Source: Thecamonas trahens ATCC 50062 (Eukaryota > Protista > Apusomonadida). From it: a stretch of 64,000 nucleotides of DNA. The stretch is taken from assembly GCF_000142905.1 (NCBI RefSeq), contig NW_013657606.1:14923-78922 (forward strand), given 5' to 3'. The notes below the pieces were generated by a model. The model saw only the letters and a program-made list of their open reading frames with translations, made no database searches and was not told the DNA's origin. Numbering within the stretch: position 1 is the stretch's first letter; the number at the start of each line of letters is the position of its first letter. Below are positions 46,200-54,500 of the stretch, in pieces. Both the position numbers and the translations under genes were made by a program.

Positions 46200-49100
46200 T
46201 CACGGATGGAGGACCGAGGAGTAGGGTCCGGCTGTGGCGGCGGCGGAGCGGCGATGGTGGATGGTGGTGATGGGTGAGGGCGAGGGCGAGGGTGATGAGG
46301 GCGAGGGTGATGGCTGGGTGGCCAGAGGCGGAGCGAGGCGCAGAAAGTCGAGCTCATGGCCGACGTCGCGAAGGGTTATGTGGGGGTGACCACCGTCGTC
46401 GCTGCCGTCGCTCTCGCCGTCGAGCGCGAGGTGGGCGTCAGCCGGGCGGAGCTCGAGATCGGGCAGCTCGGGCCCGTTGGCGAGATGGAGGCGGGTAGAG
46501 AGCGATGCGGCCGGGCCGGGCTCGGGCTTGACGTCATCGTCGTCGGCGACTGTGCCAAAGGTGGCGCGGAAGAGGGTGAGCGGAGTGGTGAGGCCCTGCA
46601 GGACGACGAGCGAGGTGACGAGGGCAACGGCGGTGGTCGAGGTGACGGGCATGGCATCGAGGAGATGGCTCGGCCCCACGACGAGGACCGCGACACCGGC
46701 GGTGAACTGGAAGGTCGGGACGACAAAAGAAGAGACAAGGGCGCGGAGCTGGTCGCGGCGGGCGCGCTCCCAGGCACGGGAGACGCGATCAGTGAGCCAG
46801 CGCGGTGGGCGGAGGACAAAGCGGATGGGCCGGGCCGAGACGACGCCGCGGGCGTGGGCGCGGGGGTCGGCGAGCGGCGCGAGACGGGCGGCGAGGCTGC
46901 TGGTAACGCTGGCTTGACCAGGAGCAGGTAAATCCGGTCCGCGGGCGCCGCTGATGGCGTATGCCATGGTGTCAAGGACCGAGCCGCGCGGAGGCGGGGC
47001 GAGCGGATCGGCTGGGCGGCGCGCGGGCTCGGAGCCGTCTTCGGCGACGATGGAGCCCGGCGGAGCGAGGTCGGGCCCGACGCCGGCAATGTGGACGCGG
47101 TGGAGGGAGGCGTAGCGGAGGGCAACAAGGAGAGCAAGGAAGAGGTGCTGGGCAGCCGGATCGGGCCAGCCGCGCGGGTGGAGGGCGGCGAGGGCGGCGA
47201 GGGCGGCGCGAACGGTGGCGCGGGCGGGAGGAGCGTCGGAGAGCCCGATCTGGGCACCGTGGTGGACGGCGAGGTAGAGGTAGGCCGAAGCAGCGATGGC
47301 CTCAAACTCAGAGGCGGAGCGGAGGAGGAGGCGGGTGCGGATGTTGCGGAGGAGGACGACAAAGGCGGCGACGAGGGCCGAGGCCGAGGCGACGACGGCG
47401 AGGGTGGCCTCGGGGTGGTAGACAAGGGCGAGGGCGAGCCAGGGGAGGGCGGCGCCGTACTGAGCGGCGGCGACGGCAGCGACGGCGAGGCGCGGGAGCA
47501 GATTGAGCGAGCACGGGCGCTCGCGCGGGTAGAAGACGCGATACAGGCGCGGCGGCCAGAGGGCGGCAGCCTCGGCCTGGGCCGGGCGGGCCGAGTCGCT
47601 GACCGTCTCGGAGAGGGCAACTTCGGCGGCCGGCGCGACGACGGTGACGAGAAAGAGGACGCCGTAAACGGCGGCGCTGGCACCGGCGCCGGCAGCGGCC
47701 GGTAGATCGGCGGCGACGCGGCCGCCCGGGGCGAGAGCGAGGGCATGCAGGACGAGGAACGGGCCGAAGAGGAGGGCCCAGGCCGAAAGCGGGACGAGGA
47801 TCTGCAGGGCGCGCTTGGCGCCCGGAGCGGCGGCCGGATCGACGGCGCGGGCGTCGAGCGGCGAGACGCCGAGGGCGCCGAGAGCGAGGACGGCGTCGGT
47901 CCAGAAGACCCACAGAGCGAGGAAGAGGCCGCCGGCAAGGAGCGCCGCCAGCGACCACAGGAAGACAACGCCGAGCGGTGAGACCGGCGTGGCGATGAGC
48001 CGCTGGCCCGTCGCCGATGCCGTCCGCAGGCGGCAAGCTGCGTAGTCGTAGCCCGTGGATACTTGCAGCGGAGGCTGCTGTGTCGCCCTGTTTGGATGAC
48101 AGTTGCCTAGTTGACNNNNNNNNNNNNNNNNNNNNNNNNNNNNNNNNNNNNNNNNNNNNNNNNNNNNNNNNNNNNNNNNNNNNNNNNNNNNNNNNNNNNN
48201 NNNNNNNNNNNNNNNNNNNNNNNNNNNNNNNNNNNNNNNNNNNNNNNNNNNNNNNNNNNNNNNNNNNNNNNNNNNNNNNNNNNNNNNNNNNNNNNNNNNN
48301 NNNNNNNNNNNNNNNNNNNNNNNNNNNNNNNNNNNNNNNNNNNNNNNNNNNNNNNNNNNNNNNNNNNNNNNNNNNNNNNNNNNNNNNNNNNNNNNNNNNN
48401 NNNNNNNNNNNNNNNNNNNNNNNNNNNNNNNNNNNNNNNNNNNNNNNNNNNNNNNNNNNNNNNNNNNNNNNNNNNNNNNNNNNNNNNNNNNNNNNNNNNN
48501 NNNNNNNNNNNNNNNNNNNNNNNNNNNNNNNNNNNNNNNNNNNNNNNNNNNNNNNNNNNNNNNNNNNNNNNNNNNNNNNNNNNNNNNNNNNNNNNNNNNN
48601 NNNNNNNNNNNNNNNNNNNNNNNNNNNNNNNNNNNNNNNNNNNNNNNNNNNNNNNNNNNNNNNNNNNNNNNNNNNNNNNNNNNNNNNNNNNNNNNNNNNN
48701 NNNNNNNNNNNNNNNNNNNNNNNNNNNNNNNNNNNNNNNNNNNNNNNNNNNNNNNNNNNNNNNNNNNNNNNNNNNNNNNNNNNNNNNNNNNNNNNNNNNN
48801 NNNNNNNNNNNNNNNNNNNNNNNNNNNNNNNNNNNNNNNNNNNNNNNNNNNNNNNNNNNNNNNNNNNNNNNNNNNNNNNNNNNNNNNNNNNNNNNNNNNN
48901 NNNNNNNNNNNNNNNNNNNNNNNNNNNNNNNNNNNNNNNNNNNNNNNNNNNNNNNNNNNNNNNNNNNNAGGCGGCGGGCGGGCGACTCCGCCGCCGGCAG
49001 AGCTTGCCGCCGCCTCCGCAACCGCCGCCGCCGCCGCCGCCTCCTGGTACCGGCGGACGTACTCGCCGACGATGGCGTCCTCATGGACCAGCAGCAGGTG

Positions 49101-49232
49101 GTCGAGCTTGGCGTGCAGCAGCGCGAGATCGGCGGATGGCTTGGGCCCGGGCCCGGGCTCGGCCGGGCGGGGATCGGGCGGCGGGCTGCTGGCGGTCGAC
49201 GTCGACGTCGATGACCATGACCACGACTGCAT
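46200..49232 (-). CDS. Hypothetical multi-pass membrane protein spanning a gap
   Basis: Long open frame over 46200-48110 with several hydrophobic helices, plus a coding-like segment upstream of the gap from MQSWSW. Continuity across the gap cannot be verified. Confidence 0.6.
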   Translation of the reverse strand: MQSWSWSSTSTSTASSPPPDPRPAEPGPGPKPSADLALLHAKLDHLLLVHEDAIVGEYVRRYQEAAAAAAVAEAAASSAGGGVARPPPXXXXXXXXXXXXXXXXXXXXXXXXXXXXXXXXXXXXXXXXXXXXXXXXXXXXXXXXXXXXXXXXXXXXXXXXXXXXXXXXXXXXXXXXXXXXXXXXXXXXXXXXXXXXXXXXXXXXXXXXXXXXXXXXXXXXXXXXXXXXXXXXXXXXXXXXXXXXXXXXXXXXXXXXXXXXXXXXXXXXXXXXXXXXXXXXXXXXXXXXXXXXXXXXXXXXXXXXXXXXXXXXXXXXXXXXXXXXXXXXXXXXXXXXXXXXXXXXXXXXXXXXXXXXXXXXXXXXXXXXXXXXXQLGNCHPNRATQQPPLQVSTGYDYAACRLRTASATGQRLIATPVSPLGVVFLWSLAALLAGGLFLALWVFWTDAVLALGALGVSPLDARAVDPAAAPGAKRALQILVPLSAWALLFGPFLVLHALALAPGGRVAADLPAAAGAGASAAVYGVLFLVTVVAPAAEVALSETVSDSARPAQAEAAALWPPRLYRVFYPRERPCSLNLLPRLAVAAVAAAQYGAALPWLALALVYHPEATLAVVASASALVAAFVVLLRNIRTRLLLRSASEFEAIAASAYLYLAVHHGAQIGLSDAPPARATVRAALAALAALHPRGWPDPAAQHLFLALLVALRYASLHRVHIAGVGPDLAPPGSIVAEDGSEPARRPADPLAPPPRGSVLDTMAYAISGARGPDLPAPGQASVTSSLAARLAPLADPRAHARGVVSARPIRFVLRPPRWLTDRVSRAWERARRDQLRALVSSFVVPTFQFTAGVAVLVVGPSHLLDAMPVTSTTAVALVTSLVVLQGLTTPLTLFRATFGTVADDDDVKPEPGPAASLSTRLHLANGPELPDLELRPADAHLALDGESDGSDDGGHPHITLRDVGHELDFLRLAPPLATQPSPSPSSPSPSPSPITTIHHRRSAAATAGPYSSVLHP
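48116..48968. other. Assembly gap
   Basis: Run of N. Confidence 1.
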
Positions 49233-49556
49233 GGCGGGGAATGGGTGGGCTGGGTGTGATGGAGTGAGTGATGCGGGTGCCGTGGGTGGCCGGTGGCCGG
49301 AGAGCGGTGTTGCCGCAGGCGAAGAGAGTGTGGTTTGCGGGCAAAAGAAAAAGTTGTCCATTTCGGCTGCCCGCACCGACGACGGTACTCTGGCGGCGAT
49401 CGAGACGAGGATCGGTACTCGGGTGACTTGGGATCATCAAAGTCAACTATAGTTGTCATGTGCAATCCCTGTACCTCCTGTCCCCAAGGCTATTGTGGGC
49501 AGTTCCGGCTCGCGCCCAAGTCAGACGTCATGAGTGATGCTCAGGTGCAAGTGGGG

Positions 49557-49712
49557 AGCGTTCCGGGAACGGTCCCAGTCATCGCGCTCTTGGGATAGCG
49601 TTCCGGGAACGGTCCCAGAACGCTGTGTTGGCGAACGTTCGGGGAACGGTCGCATTTGGGAACGGTCAGGGAATGGTCCCGGGAACGGTCAGGGAACGGT
49701 CGGGGAACGGTC
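49557..49712. repeat. Array of eight GGGAACGGTC motifs
   Basis: Copies at 49565, 49605, 49642, 49658, 49669 (1 mismatch), 49681, 49692, 49703. Confidence 0.9.
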
Positions 49713-49717
49713 AGCTT

Positions 49718-49950
49718 AGTTTACCATCGGGATCGTAGAGGAAGAACTCGATCTGCGCACACTACAAGCCGTGGTTGGACACCGAGGTATTCAGCGCGCT
49801 GTCATCGGCTGTGGTGGCGGTAAAGACGGGGTAGACGCACGCACGGCTGAGGTCTGCAGGCGCGTCGAGACCGTCCTTGCCGAGCATCGCGCACTTGAGC
49901 TTGGTTTTGAGCCGCAAGCGGTACATCCGCCTCAAGCCGTTGAGTTGGTG
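49718..49950 (-). pseudogene. Possible decayed coding fragment
   Basis: Reads HQLNGLRRMYRLRLKTKLKCAMLGKDGLDAPADLSRACVYPVF...HGL*CAQIEFFLYDPDGK with host-like codons and an internal TAG. Confidence 0.3.
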
Positions 49951-50117
49951 GCTGTTTCAAGCCGGATTCGCCAGAACGCGTGTACAATTCCACATGCAGC
50001 CGAGTGCGAGCCGTCACGCGAGCGTGAGCGCGATCCATGCGAAGGCTGCGAGACTGGCCACGCATCAGTTCATCCGATCCACGGCGAGCGGGGCTGGCCC
50101 AGCCCCACCAGCCCTGC

Positions 50118-50262
50118 AAAATTGCAATAATTATTGCCTTGTCACGCCAAATATATTATCTTTATATATTTTGAATTGTGTTTGTGTATACTATTTTGAA
50201 TTTATATGTTTTGTGAATATAATGATATTTTGTGTAATTATATTTATATAAGTATATAGTTG
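50118..50262. other. Extremely AT-rich island
   Basis: About 145 bp dominated by A/T in an otherwise GC-rich window. Confidence 0.9.
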
Positions 50263-50707
50263 TGGCGTCAACACCAATTTGAGACCCGAACTTCGGGTTA
50301 GGGCCCGCAGCGGCGATCGGGTTCGGGTGCATCCGCGGCGTCCCGAGGTTGAAAGGCGTGTCCATGCCGACCAGGCCCAACCCGCTCAAGCGGCATCACC
50401 ACCGCCGCGGCGGGTAGGTGCATTTGAGCCAGGCGCGTGGTTTCCACCATGGACTGAGTGCAGTGCGGTGGCGGTCTGGATGGCCGGCGATCGTGGTCCT
50501 GATCGTTGCAGGAGGTGCTTTTTCTGCAGACCGCATCGCTGCAATTCCGGCTGCTGGACGCGGACGAACATTGTTTAGTGTTCTGGTGATGATGATGGTG
50601 ATGATGATGATGGTGATGATGATGATGGTGATGGCGCTCCAAACGGCGGCGTCCGAGGCCGCATGCACGCGCGGAGTACCTCTGCCGACAAGGCAGGTAA
50701 GCTGGGG

Positions 50708-51892
50708 CTATGCGAGGCGCATCAGGGGCTTCAGCGTCGCTGGCGTGTGGGCGCCAAAGTCGGCAGTGTAGGCGCGATCGACGAGGTTGGCAAGCCGGCG
50801 GAAGCGATGGGTGGCGGCGCACCAGAGGGCGCTCTTGGCGACGTGCTGGTTGAACATGTTGCGCTTGAGGCAAGCAGTGAAGAGGCCGATGGCGTGGCTC
50901 TCGGTGGTCGACTTGTTCCACGCCAAGATGCGGAACATCAAGTAGTAGCAGCGCTCGTCAGGCTCAACGCCTGCTGCGCGCGCGCGCTGCCACGTCTGCC
51001 GAGCCAGCCCGCTGTCGCTCTGGGCGTTGTTGTGAGCCTTGAGGACGATTGCGAGGATGCACTTGTCGGGCGACAGACCGTCATCCACAAGCATGGTGAG
51101 GGCGTTGTACACGGCAGAAACGTCGCCGACAAAGGCGAGCACGTTCATGATGGCCTTGTAGTTCTTGAGGTTGAGGCTCAAGCGCATGTCGAGGATGTGG
51201 TGCGCGAGGTTGTAGGCGTCCTCGCCGTGGCGCGCGTCGTGGTACTTGACCAGCAGCAGCATCCACACGCCGAGCGGTGGGCAAAGACCAAACTCGTTAG
51301 AGAGAAGGTCAACAAGCGCCTCGAGTGCCTCGAGAGGCATGGCCGCAGCAATGCGGACAATCGGTCCGTACCGGAGCCTGGTCGTCGTATGGTACATGAC
51401 CTTGATCCAGTGGAGCGCGCGCGGATAGTCGGCGGCGGCGGCATAAGCCATGTAGACGGCCTCGTACGCGCGGGGGGTGACCTCTGTGCCGTAGAGCAGC
51501 GGGGCATTCTGAATGAGCTTGCACGCCGCGTCAAGGTCTCCAGCAACGGCGTGGCTCTTGACGAGCATGGAGACACAGCGGTTGTCTGGCTCGATCTTGT
51601 AGCTGAGCATCCGGCTCACGATGCGGTTGGCCTCGTCCGGGCGCCCCTCAAAGGCGTAGGCGCGGATGAGGACGGCAAAGTTGCTAGCCGTGGGCGTCAG
51701 ACCACGGGCTGCCATGTCGTGCAAGACAATCCGCTCGGCGCCAACAACGTCACCGCTGCGGACGTATCCCTTGCAGAGCTCGGTGTAGATGTGAACATGG
51801 GCGACCGGGTCATCCACGATCGCGGCAAGCTTCATGAGCTCAGTAAGATTACCTGCCTCCTGCAGCATAGTAGCCTTCGACATGCTATCCAT
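50708..51892 (-). CDS. Pentatricopeptide repeat (PPR) protein
   Basis: 35-aa helical repeats: YTELCKGYVRSGDVVGAERI...RGLTP; FAVLIRAYAFEGRPDEANRIVSRMLSYKIEPD; GVEPDERCY. The 5' end is unresolved; upstream exons to ~52395 are possible. Confidence 0.85.
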   Translation of the reverse strand: MDSMSKATMLQEAGNLTELMKLAAIVDDPVAHVHIYTELCKGYVRSGDVVGAERIVLHDMAARGLTPTASNFAVLIRAYAFEGRPDEANRIVSRMLSYKIEPDNRCVSMLVKSHAVAGDLDAACKLIQNAPLLYGTEVTPRAYEAVYMAYAAAADYPRALHWIKVMYHTTTRLRYGPIVRIAAAMPLEALEALVDLLSNEFGLCPPLGVWMLLLVKYHDARHGEDAYNLAHHILDMRLSLNLKNYKAIMNVLAFVGDVSAVYNALTMLVDDGLSPDKCILAIVLKAHNNAQSDSGLARQTWQRARAAGVEPDERCYYLMFRILAWNKSTTESHAIGLFTACLKRNMFNQHVAKSALWCAATHRFRRLANLVDRAYTADFGAHTPATLKPLMRLA

Positions 51893-52425
51893 GTTGGTCA
51901 GACGAGAGAGATGTGCCACATTCCGAAGCTGAGCGTTCTGCGCGGATGTCCCGTTATACGGCTGGCGAAAAAGTGCACACAAGCGCAGTGCGCCTGGCAG
52001 CGATAAGTCAGGGCCGCGATGGACGGCTTTTTCAGCTCTTTAAGCGTCTACATGCAATCCACGGATACTGCAAGTACATAGCAACTTGTAGCCAGAATCC
52101 TGTCCATGGACAAAGTCTCATGCGCATGGTAGAGGGAGTGGAAGCTATGGCTGGCTGGGATAGCTCAGTGCAAACGACGTCACACTTTTTCCATTGCGAC
52201 GCACAAGGCGACTCGGGCACAACGCGCCGCTCAGCTCGTGTGGCCTCCTTCTTTAGTTCCTGAATTGGTGTTGGTGGCGGTTTTGGGCACACAAACGTGT
52301 TCAGCAGCCTTGTTTCGTCGATGGTCGCTGTTGTGTTGATGCTTGCCTCACAGCTTCCCACACCGAGTGGTGAACGCAGCGACGGGGCCAGCATCGCACC
52401 ACCCGCTGTGGGCTGGCGGGCTCGG

Positions 52426-54018
52426 TCATCCACGGGCGCGGAGATAGGCCATGATGTCGGCGACGGAGAGGCCCTCGAGCTCGGAAGGGTAGCCCGGCGG
52501 GTTGTTGTGGATGTGCAGGACCTCGAGGTTGGCGAGTAGGGCGAGGTCGGTGGGGATGTACTCGAGCCGGTTGTTGGAGACGTAGAGCTTTGCGAGGCGC
52601 GGTAGCTTGGCGAGTGCCATGGGCAGGCTGGTGAGGGCGCAGTATGACATGGAGAGCTCGGTGAGGTTGACGAGGGCAGCAATGCCGGGCGGAATGGCGG
52701 TGATGGGGTTCGAGCCGAGGTGGAGGACCTCGAGCGCTGTGAGCTCGAGAACCGCGTCCGGGAAGACGTCGAGCTTGTTTGAGACCGCGGTGAGGTGGCG
52801 GAGCGAGGCAAAGGCTGCAAGCTGTAGTGGAAGCGCGGTCAGTGCGTTGAGATCAAGGTGTAGACCGGAGAGAAGGCTTGGCGCGTCGGGCGCGTCGAGC
52901 AGGGCCGGCGGGAGCGCGGTGAGGCTCTTGTTGATGAGCGAGAGCGCAGGGCGGTCGGCCGATGATGAGACGCGGGCGAGCGAGAGCTCCGACAAGGTGT
53001 ACGCGTCGGGCGAGAGGTACGGGCCGAGCGCGTCCTGGATGTGGCGAATGTGGGCGGGCTCGAGGCCGGCGACGTCGAGAGCGTCGACGGTGAGGCGGGT
53101 GGTGAGGAGGGTGTCCCGGACCGGGGCGGCAGACCAAGCGACGACCGAGGTGAGCGACCAGGCGAGCGAGAGCGGGACAGCAATGCCGATCTCGGCCTTG
53201 GAGTGGGTGACCGTGATGGTGCGAGCAGCGGGATCGACGGCAATAGCGACAGACCATGAGTCGCGGACGTCAGCAGTGAGATAGTCCATGCCCAGGCGCA
53301 GCTTGAGCTCAATGGAGACCGGGGCGACGTAGCCCTGGTTGACCATGCCGAGGACGCGGACGACACGAGGGTCGAGCAACCCGTCGCCGACTGCTGTGGC
53401 CAGGAAGCTCCGCACGGCGTCCTTCTCAGCTCCGGCCGGGACGCCCGACCACGCGGCGTCTGCCGCCGCCTGCACCGCCTCGCGCACATCGGCATTGCCC
53501 TCGGCGCCATCCACCTCCAGCGCCATCGCCGCCGCCAGCTCTGCCACCACCCGTGCCGCCGCCGCCAGGCCCAAGCCGGCACCTCTAGCTGCTTCCATAC
53601 CCGCAGTAGCCGATCCCGTGCCTGCAGTAGCCGATCCCGTGCCTGCAGTAGCCGATCCCGTGCCTGCAGTAGCCGATCCCGTGCCTGCAGTAGCCGATCC
53701 CGTGCCTGCAGTAGCCGATCCCGTGCCTGCAGTAGCCGATCCCGAGCCCACACCAGCGCCATCCGCACCAGCGCCATCGATGCCACCATCGATGCCACCA
53801 TCAATGCCACCATCGATACCACCATCAATGCCGCCCCCAATGCCGCCCCCTCCCCCTCCCCCTCCCCCTCCCCTCCCTCCCAACACCACCTCCACCGTGG
53901 TCGCAGGCGCCAGCCGAGCCAGGTCCTTGGCCAGTGGTGTCGCCAGCGGCTCCTTGCACCACTTGCGCACAAGCTCCTCACGCAGCTCCTCCGCCCCTGA
54001 TGCCATACTTGCCGCCAT
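52426..54018 (-). CDS. LRR protein with N-terminal repeats and a GflB-C-terminal-like domain
   Basis: C-terminal LxxLxLxxNxLxxLP repeats; central MVNQGYVAPVSIELK...DVRDSWSVAI...VTHSKAE; GGID and GSATAGT repeats. Confidence 0.8.
   Translation of the reverse strand: MAASMASGAEELREELVRKWCKEPLATPLAKDLARLAPATTVEVVLGGRGGGGGGGGGGIGGGIDGGIDGGIDGGIDGGIDGAGADGAGVGSGSATAGTGSATAGTGSATAGTGSATAGTGSATAGTGSATAGTGSATAGMEAARGAGLGLAAAARVVAELAAAMALEVDGAEGNADVREAVQAAADAAWSGVPAGAEKDAVRSFLATAVGDGLLDPRVVRVLGMVNQGYVAPVSIELKLRLGMDYLTADVRDSWSVAIAVDPAARTITVTHSKAEIGIAVPLSLAWSLTSVVAWSAAPVRDTLLTTRLTVDALDVAGLEPAHIRHIQDALGPYLSPDAYTLSELSLARVSSSADRPALSLINKSLTALPPALLDAPDAPSLLSGLHLDLNALTALPLQLAAFASLRHLTAVSNKLDVFPDAVLELTALEVLHLGSNPITAIPPGIAALVNLTELSMSYCALTSLPMALAKLPRLAKLYVSNNRLEYIPTDLALLANLEVLHIHNNPPGYPSELEGLSVADIMAYLRARG
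53603..53744. repeat. 21-bp coding tandem repeat GCAGTAGCCGATCCCGTGCCT x~7
   Basis: Visible perfect repeat; encodes GTGSATA on the minus strand. Confidence 0.95.
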
Positions 54019-54500
54019 CGTCTGTGGAGAGAGTGGCGTGTGCGTGGATGTGTCCTGTGGCGGAGAAAGGGGGGGGGCGGCGGGGAGGGGAGGGGGGGGG
54101 CGCTGGCCGTGTGCCTGAGCGACACGGCCGCCGAGAGGCACCGGCGAGTCGAGACGGAGGTTTGCCCCGTTTGGGCGGAGAGCAGATGGGAGGTTGGAAC
54201 AGCGACGCATGGAGGCGCAGGCCGCTCATGTAGCAGTGACACCCTCGCATGACTCATCATGGCCAACAGTCACCAGGAGCATAGCAATGACACGCTGATG
54301 TCACTGTTCCATGGCTCCCTCCCTTCCCCCCTCCACCCTTCCCTCTCTCCCATCATCACCATCATCTTGCAAGCGTAATTTCCGAGATCAATCACTTTTT
54401 TTGGGCCATTCGTATGCATCGCAGAGCCCGACGCTGAGCGTGGATCACTCTCTGCGGCGGGACGAGAGTGTTTACACTCAAACGTGGCGCTGTGGGCAAG

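Noticed and set aside
50294-50304. GGGTTAGGG / CCCTAACCC as a telomere seed or telomerase RNA template
   Set aside because: Only 1.5 repeats; a similar string occurs at ~21345; no supporting structure identified.
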